From: Octopus sinensis
Lineage: Eukaryota
Length of the DNA stretch: 64,000 bases
Assembly (NCBI RefSeq): GCF_006345805.1
Contig: NC_043000.1
Coordinates: forward strand, 75,268,001-75,332,000
Reading direction: 5' to 3'
Below are positions 23,441 through 36,410 of the stretch, in pieces. The notes below the pieces were generated by a model. That model did no database searches. It worked only from the letters and a program-made list of their open reading frames with translations, and was not told where the DNA came from. Numbering within the stretch: position 1 is the stretch's first letter; each line of letters starts with the position of its first letter. The position numbers and the translations under genes are program-made.

Positions 23441-25049
23441 ATGAGGGAGACTCAGGAAGACATGGAATGAAATGGTGATGTTGAACCTCATGGTGAAGAT
23501 GACAGGTGATTTACTGTGCTTAAGAAGACCTATCCATCAGCAAAACAAATTAGGTCCTAAAACCATAAAATTGATGTGCCCCCCCACACCCAATCTGTAT
23601 CTGTCAATCCTTCCTTGCAACTCATCTTCCTAACACCCAACACTTGTAACCATGACAATATTTACTCAGGTGCTGTAATTGTATGAAAGCAGGGCTGCAC
23701 ATATTCATCCCTGGAACCACTTCCTTTGTCACCTGTCCAGCATCCCATTATCACCCTTTCTCACTTTATTTTCTACTAAATGCTCTCATATCTGTCATTG
23801 ACACACCTGTGTCACTCATATCCACTCCTACATACCTCTGACCTCTCTCTGTTATTGTGCATCCCTCTCTCACTCCACAATTCACATCTCCCTATTTCAG
23901 TTTTACTATACCTTGTTCTCCACCCCAACCCATAGGTACTTCCACTTACCACCTCTTCCCTAACCATCTCCTATTTTTCTTACCTCCTCACCAACAGATT
24001 TACCGTTGACCATGTTCCCTTCCATGTCCTCCAATGCATTTACTTCTAGTCCATCTCTAACCCATCTGTCACTCTCCTTTCATACTCTTCTGAACCTACC
24101 CATTCACCCACCGTCAGTATTCTCTCCCTTTTCTCTCTTATATCCACCTTCTTGTGCCTTGAATGTACACCTTGACACCTTGTGACTATCATCCTTTCTC
24201 CCTTTCCAACTAGGATAGTCATGTATCTTCTCTACAGCAAGAAACTTGTACCTGTCTAGGGTTTTGTCTTGCAAGTTACTTGGAGATTTTACTAGTGCTG
24301 GTGCTACAAAAAAGTACTTAAAATGCAGAAAAACAGTTGGTGTTAGCAAGGGTATCCACCTATAAAAACTGTACCAAGACAGACATTGGAATTCAACTCA
24401 GTCTTCTTTTTTGTTAGATCTTGTCAAACTGTCCTATCCAAGCCAGCATGGAAGGTGACTGGTGAATATGAATTTCTGTGCATATGTCTGCATGGCTTCC
24501 TGGTTTATAGATTTAGCTATTGGGGGTTCTACCCCAACAAATGGCTCATATTTGGAATCAGATAAACTTGGGAGTATTTCCCTGCTACATTGTCCCACCA
24601 GCCTCTGGTGCAAATTTAGACTGCCATTCAAAACAATAAAATGTGAACTTAAGAAGTGTTCCAATTTAGAGAGCAAACAAGTTGGATATAGGTTGGAGAA
24701 TTATATTTAACCTATTCAGAAATTGGATGACAAGCAGTGAAAATAATTAGCATTTTTAGAACTCTAACTTTTACATATGATTTGGTAGTACAAATTTCTT
24801 ACTATTGATTTGGGGTAAGATGCCCCTGAGTAACAATTTTGCTGTTGATCAAATCTATTCCCTCTGGATGAAATCCAAGGAACGTGAAGATTCCTCATAT
24901 TGAGTCCATTCTCTAAGAAGAAAGAATTTTTTCAGGTGAAATTTTAGACTGGACAGATCACTAAAATTCAATAGCACTTTGGCTACAAAAGATTGAGTTA
25001 GGTTTTGATTCAACAAATTTTTGTATGATAAATTTGTTTATATGTCTTG

Positions 25050-25500
25050 GACATGACTTCTTCAGTGCAGCATCTCACTATTTCTGCATTTTTTGTCATT
25101 TCATTTGTGAAATTCAGCATTCTGAGATCAGCTTTTATCACTTCTGTCCATGCCTTCCTTGACTTCTTTCATCCATATTAATCATCTGGCATACTTACTG
25201 ATATGTCATCAACCATGTGCATTACGTGCCTGCATCAACACATGCTACATCTGATTTCTCATATTCAATTTTTTTTTCAACTTACCTGTGCCTCATTTTC
25301 TTGTACCCAAGCATTACTCATCCAACAAAATATGTTCACTACATTTCTCCTTTGGAGATCTGCAATCAGTTTCATGCAACATAACATTTCATACAGAGGT
25401 ATCATACAGTCTATCTTTGTTTTAAAGAGAGCAAAGACACATGTAGGTAATCACATACATTTTTCTCTTTCCTTTATCACTTATTATTGACATTCCTCAC
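25050..25500 (-). mobile_element. Old RTE C-terminal fragment
   Basis: The minus strand translates to RKAWTEVIKADLRML-like residues, homologous to RKTWDEVVKHDLRTL. Confidence 0.6.
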
Positions 25501-25782
25501 TCCCATCCATTGCTGGTGTCATAATAAAATACACCTAGTAGACTCTCGAATGTGGTTGATGATAGGAAAGGCATCTAAACCATTGTTAATAGATATGAGT
25601 AAAATGTAGTCTCTGAACTAAGAGGACAGTAACAATCCCCAGCCCACTGCCTAATCCATGCCAATATGAAAATCTGGATGTAAACTGATGCTGATGATTT
25701 CCATATAAACACATATACATGTAGACATAGACATCTGTTTTAATCATTGTTTGTCTGTTTTATTATTTCCAATAAAAATCAG

Positions 25783-26071
25783 CCCTGTTACTATGACATC
25801 TACTGCTGCAAAATCATTGAAAATGAGTCCCACTAAATCAGAAACAACTCAGAAATCTAGTGGCATTGGAACTAAGATGGAATCGTTGTTGAAAGAAGTT
25901 TACCGAATGCACAAGGAAGTTGTTAGATGTAAGTAGAATTTGTAATCGTCTGAATATTTGAGACTTTTTCTGACTTATAAAAGAAATTGAAATTTTGTAA
26001 ATATCTTTTCTAACAGCATCCAGCAAAGTATGGAAAGATAAGTTTGTTAAGATGAAGAGAATAAAAAACAA
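25783..26071 (+). CDS. Two candidate host-gene exons (25783-25928, 26017-26071), product unknown
   Basis: 88-nt intron GTAAGT...TTTTCTAACAG, and a second GTAAGT donor at 26072. The phase-compatible spliced peptide is PVTMTSTAAKSLKMSPTKSETTQKSSGIGTKMESLLKEVYRMHKEVVRSSSKVWKDKFVKMKRIKN. Confidence 0.55.
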
Positions 26072-26485
26072 GTAAGTAGATTTTGCTGATACTTTTTGGA
26101 CTTTTTCTGATGATTAGACTCCTATGTGACTCAATAAATTTTCAATATAATCAAGGTTTTCAAGTCAAATATTGGTCACATTATATAATGTGTTGTGTTG
26201 ACTGATTGAAATCTCACATCATTCATGTCACAATGAGATTTTGATTGGGATATTAATTTAAATAAGATAATTTTAATAGTGGCAGTATCAGGTGAGTTTA
26301 TATTAGTTGGACTGGTGTCCTCATCTTGATTCTTACTGTCACTATGTTTCAGCTCATCTTGATTCTTACTGTCACTATGTTTCAGCCTTCTTCTAGTGTC
26401 TTGTGTTGAACTCAGTTGTTGTATTCAGAATTTCAAACCTAACTTTTTATTTGATCTACAGGGGTACCCTGTTTTCATTTCACTC

Positions 26486-26698
26486 TCTGCATTTTGTGAC
26501 ATTTTATGTTTCAGTTAAATTATGTGAATTACCTTAGAGCCTTGCTTGGGAGTGAACTCAGAATCTCTGTTTGACTGCACTGCATTAACCAATGTCTTTA
26601 TCTACTGCACTATGCCTGTAGAGTTCAATCCTAGTATATAGGATTAAGGTAATTCACATAATTCAACTGAAGCAGAAAATGTCACAAAACACAGAGAA
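26486..26698. repeat. Inverted repeat D: ~52-bp arms, ~108-bp spacer (MITE-like)
   Basis: TTTTGTGACATTTT...AATTATGTGAATTACCTTA pairs with TAAGGTAATTCACATAATT...AAAATGTCACAAAA. Confidence 0.8.
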
Positions 26699-26699
26699 T

Positions 26700-26940
26700 G
26701 GAACAAGAGACCAGGGCAGTGGAAAATATAAAAATAAATCCCAAAGCCTTCTACAAGTTTATGAATGAATCTGTCTTGGTGCACTACAAGGCAGGGTCAC
26801 TGTTTGAAGAAAATGGCTTGCTAACTGTGAATCCTAAGAGGATAAGTGAAATGTTATATAAACAATTCCAAGGGGTCTTCACTTCTCCATTGAGAAATAT
26901 GCAAATAAGCGAGCCTAGAGAGTTTTTCAACACTGCAGAC
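26700..26940 (+). mobile_element. CR1/L2-type LINE ORF2 fragment
   Basis: AVENIKINPKAFYKF...ISEMLYKQFQGVFTSP, homologous to 30113..30982 and 33515..34444. Confidence 0.75.
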
Positions 26941-27123
26941 TTATATACAAATGGGCTGATGAAAAGAACATGCAGTTAATGCTAATAAGTTTTAGGCACT
27001 CCTCTATTGGCCCACAAACAGACTACAATCAAAATACACAGGACCAGAGGGTAGTGCAGTCCTAGAGTTCAAATCAGTGTATGACCAGGGAATCCATGAG
27101 TAATGATTGAACATTCTGTATGC

Positions 27124-27167
<44 letters not shown>

Positions 27168-27254
27168 GTATTGGTCTAGCAACTTGTTGCAAAGACCCTC
27201 TTTGTTATAAATATATACTATTATAGGTATATATATATATTATACATGTATACA

Positions 27255-27370
27255 TGATTCCTGGTTACCTTCCACTGCATGACACCTTGGGTAAGTGTCT
27301 TCTACTATAGCCTCAGGCCAACCAAAGCCTTGTGAGTGGATATGGTAGACAGAAACTGAAAGAAGCCTGT

Positions 27371-27412
<42 letters not shown>

Positions 27413-27600
27413 TGTGTGTGTATATGTTTATGTGTCTGTGTTTGTCCCCCCAACATCGCTTGACAACCAATGGTGGTGTGTTTACGTCCCTGTAACTTAG
27501 CGGTTCAGCAAAAGAGACCTATAGAATAAGTACTAGGCTTACAAAGAATAAATCTTGGGGTGATTTGTTCGACTAAAGGTGGTTCTCCAGCATGGCTGCT
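27255..27600 (+). mobile_element. tRNA-derived SINE (family A), 5'-truncated
   Basis: Matches the 42818-43222 body and ends in GGTTCTCCAGCATGGCTGC. Confidence 0.88.
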
Positions 27601-27780
27601 CTTCATCACCGCCAAATGCTACTTACGGGTTACATAGTAGTTTCGCTCGGGTGGGTGCTAACCCAGCTTTCAGTATGGCCGTAAAAACAAATATAGGTAG
27701 GGAATTCTTAAAAGTAGTCTCTAGACATTTTCAACCTGACCGTAAGTTTTATAGAATATTTGATTGAAGAACGCTTAACT
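27600..27780 (+). mobile_element. Naiad-type PLE fragment (RT-EN linker)
   Basis: NPAFSMAVKTNIGREFLKVVSRHFQPDRKFYRIFD*RTL resembles the Naiad NPPF...TNIG..FL....HF...IF..NT motif. Confidence 0.75.
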
Positions 27781-29560
27781 GGGGCCATCCTCCGAGCTGG
27801 CTGCTTGATTGGGCAATGGCTGCCCGTGTTGATATGGTGCTCCACCAGGTTTGTGCAACCAAGGTCTAGTTCTGCAGAGAACACATAAACATACCTCGCT
27901 AGTAGCTTCCTCAACCGCATCATCTGAATGCCATCTAACCGCTAGCGACTCTGTACAAACTGATCTTGTAAATGCACAGGCAGACCACCACCTCCCTCAT
28001 CTACCCTCCTGCAGTGACGCAACTGGCCCTGCCACTGGTCCACTGCCTGGCATAGTCCCATGATTTGTCCTTTACAAATCGTGGGTGCCTCTCTTGAGAA
28101 ATTGGCTGCCACAACCAGTGCTTCATCAGCTCCTGTCTCCACCAGAGTTTGTCCGACCGTCACTCCAGCTTTCATCTTGCATCGTCTGTCGGGCTCCATC
28201 AGCCCCAGGCAGCCATCAAACAGGTCACTCACATGACACTGGAACAGTTTTTCCATCTTAGTGGTATTACCGTCGTCTGTAGCACTCTTACCTCACTACC
28301 AGTCTTGGTCCGCTTTACCAACCTAACAGGGACCTGTCTTCCCTGCACCACAAGTTTCATGGAACACAAGTCCAGCTGACAAGCCATCGATGCCAAATAA
28401 TCCAAACCCAAAATACACTGATCCTCCATTTCCACCACATAGACAGGAAACATGACTTCTAGTCTGGCAACATTAATCCGGACATTAACCAGCCCTCTCA
28501 TCTCAGTACAATGTCTGGTAATACCGCACAACTGCTGCGATGATTCTGGCAGGTGTAAATGCTGCAACACATTGGGCCTTACAAAGTCTGTCCCGGGGTC
28601 GAATTGATCACAAGAGAACACATCCGGCTGTTGACTCTCCCATCCACTTGTATACTGTCAATCATGCACTCTGTATGTCGTCTCGAGGGTGGGGCCTCTT
28701 TGGAATGTTTGGCTGGCAGTTGCCCCTTAGTACCAGCTCCTCTTAATTTTCTGACACTCTTTCTTTATTTTCTACTACCCTTTCCTTAGTTCTTGTTGGG
28801 CTGTCGTAGCTCATGTGTCCCCTTTTACCACATATCCAGCACTCACCCTTAAAAGCAGACCCTGCTCTATTGTTCTGTTTTTTCTCTCTCTTCAAGCTGT
28901 AGCAATCCTGCCGCTTGTGTCCAAGTCTCCCACAATGCCAGCAACATACACCAGTCATCTCTTCATTCTTCTCACAAGGTCCATGACTATTCTCAAGTCC
29001 TTCAGCTTCACGGATTTTCTCTCTCTTTGCTTGGAATCCGGGGATTGCAACTCACCCAGAAATTCCCGGTACTAGATTTGATGTATGACTCAAATTCTAG
29101 AGCCCTAGCCAGTGCATCCTGCATCATACCCAACTGTGTCTGCTTACTTGGACCTTAAGATTTGCACTGTCCAGAGCATCTATAAATTGTTCCTTCAAAA
29201 GAAGAGACAAGAGGTTGGGGGTAGCTGTAGGGTAGGCTTTATGCACTGTGCTCTCCAAGTCCTGGGCAAGCTGCTGTAGGGGCTCCCCTCTAGCCCTTAC
29301 GGGGGTTTGGAAGCATGCCTTGTACATTTCACTCTGGCACATACTGCCATATTTTCCTCTGGAGAACTTCTACCAGCGCCGAGTAACGAGCCCTGTCTGC
29401 TTCTGACAGCTGGCCCAGCACCTCCAGTGCAGGACCCTTCAGACTGGTGGCAAGCTGAACAGCTCTTTGCCCCTTGTCCCAATCATTCTGGTCAGCCAGC
29501 ATCTCAAACATGGATTCGGTAGGCCTCCCAAGACACTATGCCATCGAATTCCTGTGGCTT
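27780..29560 (-). mobile_element. Ty3/Gypsy LTR retrotransposon remnant (gag, zinc knuckles, protease, RT start)
   Basis: Gag: QNDWDKGQRAVQLATSLKGPALEVL and EQFIDAL. Knuckles CWHCGRLGHKRQDC and CWICGKRGH. Protease region CILGLDYL. RT N-terminus LGCTNLVEHHINTGSHCPIKQPARRM. Confidence 0.9.
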
Positions 29561-29569
29561 CTTTCTAAT

Positions 29570-30980
29570 GGGGACTACACAGCTACCTTGAACCCTTGGA
29601 AACCCTGGCCAGCAACTTTAGCACAAAGTCTTTCCCAGTAGCTTATATGCTGCACAGAGGCTATCTTCTTTGTGTAGCTTTGTTGGATTGCCTCAAGTTC
29701 TGTGATTAACTTGACACTGGATGGTGACCATAGCTGAGAGCAATAGTCAAAGTGGCTTAGGACAAGTGTCCTCCAGAGGACCATCATGATTTCCTGGTCT
29801 CTTGTTCTAAAGGTTCTAAGAATCCATCCGGTTAGCCGCCTACATTTCATTGCCAATTTAGCAACATGCACATGAAAGGTTGCATCATCACCCAGGTCTC
29901 GCACTGATTGTGCCTCTGGGATTGCAATCCCTCCAGGTCCCGTGTATTTATTGGATATTGCATTTAGTTTTGCATGCTGATAACATAAAGCTTGAAACTT
30001 TTCAGCATTGAACTGCATGCTATTCTTTTCAGCCCACTTGTATATTTTGTCCAGCTCACATTTCAGGTGCTTAGTGTCTTCAGGGTTCTGTATTGCCTGT
30101 GAAACTTTTGTATCATCTGCATAACTTGTGATCGTGGCTCTCTGCGTGGCTGAGGGCATGTCTGAGAGGGCCATTATGAACAGTGCCTTGCGGAACACCG
30201 CTCACTATTTGTGTGTTAATGGAAGTGGCCCCATTGGCTACTACCACCTGGCTTCTATCCTTCAGAAAGTCATGAAGCCATTCTCCCAATTTTCCAACTA
30301 TGCCAAGATCACACAGTTTGTGACATATCATTCCATGATCGACTTTATCAACGGCCTTTGCAAAGTTGAGATATATGACTTCCACATTTGAGTGGTTGAG
30401 CAGTGATTTCAGCACCCAGTCATAGTGTTGTAGGAGCTGAGTTAGGCAGCTTCTTCCTGGTCGGAAACCATGTTGGGTGTCAGGCAGCAAATCATTTTCT
30501 TCAAGGAAGGTGATTAGTTTCCTTCTGACTATTCGTTCCATGACCTTGCTAATGTGTGAGGTTAGAGAGATAGGTCTGTAGTTCTTGGCCTCCACTCTGC
30601 TACCTCCTTTATGAATAGGGCATATTTTACCTTCCTTCAGTTTTCTTGGAAGTTTGCCTGTTGCAAGGAAGCTCTGAAAGAGGAACTGCAGTGGTCTTGC
30701 TAGGACTCTCTTACATTCTTTTAGAAGGATTGCTGGGAATCCATCGGGGCCAGTAGCTGAGTTTGTTTTCATTTCATCTATAGCCTTTATTACATCGTCT
30801 TCCTTTATATTGATGTAATCAATCATTGCTGCCTCTGATTTTATATCTGCAGTGGTAAAGAAGTCAGTTGGGGTGGAGTGAAAAATACTCTTAAATTGCT
30901 CATTTAGTATTTCACTTACCCTCATTGGATTTCCTGTGAGTGTGCCATCCTTTTCAAGGAGTGGCCCTATCCTACAGTGC
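29570..30980 (-). mobile_element. CR1/L2-type LINE (family 1) ORF2 fragment
   Basis: [34 protein letters not shown]. Frameshifted and internally deleted; near-identical to 59371-60845. Confidence 0.93.
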
Positions 30981-31693
30981 ACCGTAGCTGTTTCTTTGGC
31001 ATACCTGTAGAAAGATCTGGGGTTAGATTTTATGTTGTCTATAGTCCAGGCTTCTTTGTCTACTCTTTCTTTTTCATGGGAGAGTTACAGACATATGATA
31101 TGATATATATATCACGTGATATATATATATATGTGAGTCAGGCACTCGTGACAAGACGTACTTTTTATAACTCCCGTCAGTAACTAACCAAAGAAGCATA
31201 TTTTAACTCTATTTAACTCAACTCAAGCCAACATAAACTCTCCTTGTTTTTAATCTCAAAACTTTTGAACTCTACAATCCTACTATACTACTCTTTTACT
31301 ACCATCGGAGGATAAATTTATACAAATCTATATACAACCTGAAGAAAGAAATACAACCCAAAACTAAATACTAAACCCAAGACTAGTTCTAAAACTAGTC
31401 CCGTGAGTACAATTCTTTTTTCTTGATCTGTATTAAACACACCGCTCATCCTGATTGTACTAATTAGATTGTACTAATTACACTGAACTCTCACACACAC
31501 AAGCCACAAATTTCCGAGTATATTGACACAAACTTTCCAACGGTGTATTCACTATTTACCGAGTATATCGACACAAACTTTTCAACGGTGTATTCACTAT
31601 TTTACATCAAGCCATCAATAACTGGTGTACATATACATATACACGCATACACATACATACATATATATATTACACAACACTACCCCACTGAAT

Positions 31694-32965
31694 ATGGCCA
31701 ATAATTTTCAAAAACGCCGCTGGGTTGAAAATGAAATTACTGCAATGATTAACGCTTGGTTCATCCATCACAACGAAGCTAATGTTTACAGTAAAATAAC
31801 TGAGGATTTAACGAAAAAATCCTTTCACAGATCTGTAAAACAGATAGAAAATAAAATAAAAGAAATTGTTAGGATATTCCCTATTTTTCACGCGCACATG
31901 GCTACACTAAAAGCCATTCTTGCCAACGAATCCAGTACACCAAATGACCAAATTCCAACAGATCAGGGGTCACTTCAACAGCAACAATCAACTGACCTAC
32001 TTCCATTGACAACAGCACCTGATGAACCAAGTCAAGTTTCACCTTCGCTACAGCAACAAAAACAACAACAACACTCTAATACTACCACTAGTCAAGTTCC
32101 AATGCTGCTACAACAAAAACAACTCTCCACTACTACTGCTACCGCCACAATAGGAAAATCACTACTACATCCACGTAAAACTATCTGCCATTACTACTCT
32201 CAAGGCAGCTGCAGATTTGACCACATTCTGGCAAGCCAGAACCCACCATCACAAAATCAACAAGCTGCTTCTAACACTACTGCTACTACTGCCAGAATAG
32301 AAAAACCACTACTACAACCAAATAAAACCCCCTGCCATTACTATTCTAAAGGCAATTGTAGATTTGGCCCCAGCAGCACAAACAACAATGGACGCTGTGC
32401 TTTTTCCCATCCGACCTTATGTTGTAGACTTGTTATGGGCACCTGTTCATATGGTATAACAGGAAAAAATTGCCCCCACCTCCACCCCAAATACTGTCCT
32501 AATTACAGAATCTATGGTTCTGATCCTAAATACGGATGCATAAAAGGCAATGGATGCACCTTATTCCATCCTAAACTGTGCCAAACTTCTGTCTCAGAAA
32601 GGATGTGCCTGAACCCAGAATGCAACCACCACCATCTGAAGGGCACAAAACGATCACAGAATAAATATAAACAGGAACAGAGGAAATCTAGGACAACAAC
32701 AAGAACAAAATACAACCACGTTTCCCCTCCCACAATCAAACAACGTAGACAGAACCATGAAAAAACACCAAACAACGCCAACATGAAATATGTATCCCCT
32801 GACCAAGTGGCAAACCAAACAAGTAACTCTTTTTTACTGACATACCTAGAAAATATGAAGGCCGACCTAAGCCAAGAGATCCAGCGAGCTATCACCAACC
32901 ATCTATGCAAATCACAAGGACCACTCACCCATTACCAACTTCCCTTACCTCGACATTCCTGTTAA
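31694..32965 (+). CDS. LINE ORF1: Myb/SANT(trihelix)-like N-terminus, Q/T-rich linker, tandem CCCH zinc fingers
   Basis: Intact 423-aa frame from ATG 31694. RRWVENEITAMINAW...RSVKQIENKIKEI, four C-x7-13-C-x4-12-C-x3-H units, plus one partial duplicated finger. Confidence 0.8.
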   Translation: MANNFQKRRWVENEITAMINAWFIHHNEANVYSKITEDLTKKSFHRSVKQIENKIKEIVRIFPIFHAHMATLKAILANESSTPNDQIPTDQGSLQQQQSTDLLPLTTAPDEPSQVSPSLQQQKQQQHSNTTTSQVPMLLQQKQLSTTTATATIGKSLLHPRKTICHYYSQGSCRFDHILASQNPPSQNQQAASNTTATTARIEKPLLQPNKTPCHYYSKGNCRFGPSSTNNNGRCAFSHPTLCCRLVMGTCSYGITGKNCPHLHPKYCPNYRIYGSDPKYGCIKGNGCTLFHPKLCQTSVSERMCLNPECNHHHLKGTKRSQNKYKQEQRKSRTTTRTKYNHVSPPTIKQRRQNHEKTPNNANMKYVSPDQVANQTSNSFLLTYLENMKADLSQEIQRAITNHLCKSQGPLTHYQLPLPRHSC

Positions 32966-35920
32966 ATGTACGTGGCATCAACCCATCAATTATTGCCCAA
33001 AAATGGAAGATCCCAAATATAGAGAGTTGGCTTGCCGAAATAGCACATTGCTTCCCTTTCTTTATCCTTACCGAGACTCACCTGAACAACACCCATATGG
33101 ACGCAGAGGTGAAAATAAAAGATTTCACCATTGTTCATGCGGATCGCACAGACCGAAATAAGGGCGGGACAGCCATCTTTATCCATGACTCCTTTTCACT
33201 TGATGCCAAGGACATATTTTCCAATGGCTACTGTGAATCGGTATCACTATACAACAAAGCTAAGGACATAACCATTGTTGGTCTTTACAGGCCTCCCCAG
33301 GCACCTCTAAAGTACTTTGAAGAGTGCCTTAGCAAAGTCAAGTCCTTCCTTCGGAAGTACCACTCCGGAAACATACTAGTGATGGTTGATTTTAACCTCC
33401 CTCATGTGAACTGGCCCACAAATACTCTGAAGTTAGGCAAGTGCTCTACATCAGATAGAGCAGCAGCAGAACTGCTCTTTAATCTGATGGATGAGTATTT
33501 CCTGACTCAGCTTAGTGCTTGAACCAACGAGACAGAATAAAACGATCTTGGATCTGGTATTGACCAATCACTCTAGCTACGTCCACAGTATTTCAGTCGA
33601 AAAAACTCTCCTCTCAGACCACGACATGGTACTCTGCAATCTTAATTCCCGACATATAAAAACCAAACCAGCCAATCCCACTCCATGGCACCCATTTGAC
33701 AACATAAACTTCCACAAAGCGGACTGGGGAACAATCAGAAAGGATCTGTCTTCCATCGACTGGTCTTTTACTCTCAATTCCTCTCATATTGAGACCGCGT
33801 GGCAGCACTTTGAAAACATTGTCACCTATACATGCTCTAAACACGCTCCCAAGAAATCTTCTAACACAAACAGAAACCTGCTCCCTAAAAAGAAAAAAAC
33901 ACTCATCAGGCGCATCAAAAGACTCAACAAAAAAATCAACCAATTAAAATATTCCCACACACAACATCCACATTCAACAACAATGAAAAGACTAGAGCTA
34001 GAGCTGGAAAAACTTCATCTGCAGACCAACATGAAAACCTCCATTGAAAATCAAAGAGCTGTGGAGAAACAATGGGTAATCAAAAACATCAAACAGAACC
34101 CAAAAGTGTTCTATTCTTATGCAAATAAGCATAGAACCACTGTCTCACCCATTGGGCCATTGATTGATGATAACGGCATTCCCCAACACGATGCTAAAGA
34201 AATGGCAGAAATACTGCAGAAACAATACTGCTCTGTCTTTAGTGTACCCACTGATATTGACATAAGGGAAACAAACGAAGTTGACTCCCAACACAAAATT
34301 TCAGACATAACCTTCACTGCCACTGACATCGTAGCAGCAATAAATGAGGTCAAACATTACTCTGCTGTAGGCCCTGATAGATTTCCCACTAGTCTCCTGA
34401 AGGAATGTAGATACCAACTTGCAGTCCCTCTGACCAACCTCTAGAGAAATTCGTTAGACGCAGGTTATATACCGAAACAGTTTCTATCCCAGTCGGTCAT
34501 CCCGGTTTTCAAACAGGGAAACAGATCCCTCGCAGTCAACTATCACCCAATCTCACTCACTTCCCACATCATTAAAGTGTTTGAAAGAGTGTTAAAATCA
34601 AGGATAGCTGACTTCCTGGAGACCCACAAACTCCTAAATGCAAATCAACATGGCTTTCGCTGTGGCAGGGACTGTCTAACACAGCTCTTACACCACATTG
34701 AAGATGTACTCAAAGCCTTGAGAACAGGTTCGAACTCTGACGTCATATATCTTGACTTCAGTAAAGCGTTCGACAGGGTAGACCATAACATCCTACTCTC
34801 AAAATTGGCAAATGTTGGAATCCGTGGAAAAGTTCTACACTGGATTAAGTATTTCCTGGTGAATAGAACACAACATGTTGTAGCTGATGGAGTCCACTCA
34901 AACCCAGCAAAAGTCACCAGCGGTGTTCCCCAGGGAACTGTTTTGGGTCCGCTACTCTTCATAATTTACGTAAACGACCTTTCCAGTGTTGTACATTACT
35001 ACAAAGTGAAAATATTTGCTGATGACACTAAGCTCCAGCAAATCGTCAATGAAGAAGCAGACCGAACTCAACTCCAGTCTGATCTATATGCTGTGAGTCA
35101 ATGGGCAGACAGAAACAAAATGCAACTGAATGAGGGAAAATTTGAGCTGATGCATTTTGGAAGAAATTCCTCACTAAAACAACCATACTCTCTTCCTTCA
35201 GGGGAACCGCTCACAGCCTCTAACAATATCAGATACCTGAGTGTAATTGTTGATGACGATCTCAGTTGGAGTGCACACATCAACAAGAAGGTCGATATAG
35301 CTCGTAGGATGAGTTCCTGGATCTTAAGAACTTTCCGGTCCAGAGAACAAGGTGTCATCATACCACTTTTTTCCTCCTTTGTACGGCCACACCTTGAATA
35401 CTGCTGCCCACTGTGGTCTCCTCACACAAGACAAAACATCTCCAGAATTGAGTCACCCCAGAGGGCACTCACTAAACAAATTGAAGGCATGGCTGCTCAC
35501 GATTATTGGGATCACCTTAAAGCCTTGAAACTTTACTCCCTCCAGCGTCGCCGTGAGCGGTACATCATTTGTACGATGTGGAAAATATACCGCCAACTTT
35601 GCCCAAACGACCTAAACATTAGCTTCAAGGTTCATCCAAGACTTGGACCACGGGCTATACGTCCCCTGCCCAATTCAAGATCACAACATACATGTACACT
35701 GCAACATAATTTCTTTTCCTCAACAGGCCCTGCCCTATTTAACATTGTCCCGAGGGAGATCAAAGAGGAAAAGGATCCCATCAACTTTAAACAGAGTCTG
35801 GATAGATTCCTTCAAAGAATACCAGATAAGCCACCCATAATTGGATACAACTCACCCAACAAGAACTCACTACTTGAACAAAACTTGACTCAAACAAAAC
35901 TTAACTCAAACAAAACTTGA
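32905..35920 (+). pseudogene. LINE ORF2 (APE endonuclease + RT), one frameshift (~33515) and one premature stop (34442-34444)
   Basis: LLNVRG, LTETHL, GLYRPP, DFNLP, ILDLVL, SDH, QHGFR, DFSKAFD, GVPQGTVLGP, FADD. Confidence 0.93.
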
Positions 35921-36024
35921 CTTAAACAGGATTCGAATAATCCTATCAGGTGGTGCTATTAAGTTAGACATGGCCTGGACCAATCTTTGGTCGAAACATA
36001 TCTAAGTTTATCTAAGTTTATATC

Positions 36025-36083
<59 letters not shown>

Positions 36084-36104
36084 GTATGATATATATATAT
36101 ATAT

Positions 36105-36410
36105 ATCACGTGATCATGTGACTGACCAGACCATCAGATGTAGTTACACATCGCTGGTCACAATGTGTTTGCATTGTTTTAGCCTTCGAATGACGCCACC
36201 CTGCTGGCTAAGCGAGCAGGCCGACAGAAGAAAGAGTGGGAGAAAGAGTGGTGAAAGAGTACAACAGGGATCACCACACCCTGCCGGAGCCTCGTGGAGC
36301 TTTTAGGTGTTTTTCGCTCAATAAACACTCACAACACCCGGTCTGGGAATCGAAACCGCAATCCTGCGACCGCGAGTCCGCTGCCCTAACCACTAGGCCA
36401 TTGCGCCTCC
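36105..36410 (-). mobile_element. tRNA-derived SINE (family B)
   Basis: Minus-strand head GGAGGCGCAATGGCCTAGTGGTTAGGGCAGCGGAC...GGTTTCGATTCCC (A and B boxes), followed by ~230 nt of non-tRNA body. Confidence 0.85.

Larger units (their letters stand above)
31135..36020 (+). mobile_element. Near full-length CR1/L2-type LINE (family 2)
   Basis: 5' UTR, ORF1, overlapping ORF2 (EN + RT), 3' stem-loop and (TCTAAGTTTA)n tail. Flanked by (AT)n. Confidence 0.92.

Noticed and set aside
26320-26390. Short local duplications (33 bp here; also 31510-31600, 35875-35925, 39158-39394, 44420-44475, 58385-58540)
   Set aside because: Ordinary slippage or duplication products with no additional structure.
36340-36410. 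tRNA gene (also the heads at 43150-43222 and 54700-54782)
   Set aside because: A/B boxes are present, but the cloverleafs are incomplete and run into repeated SINE bodies.
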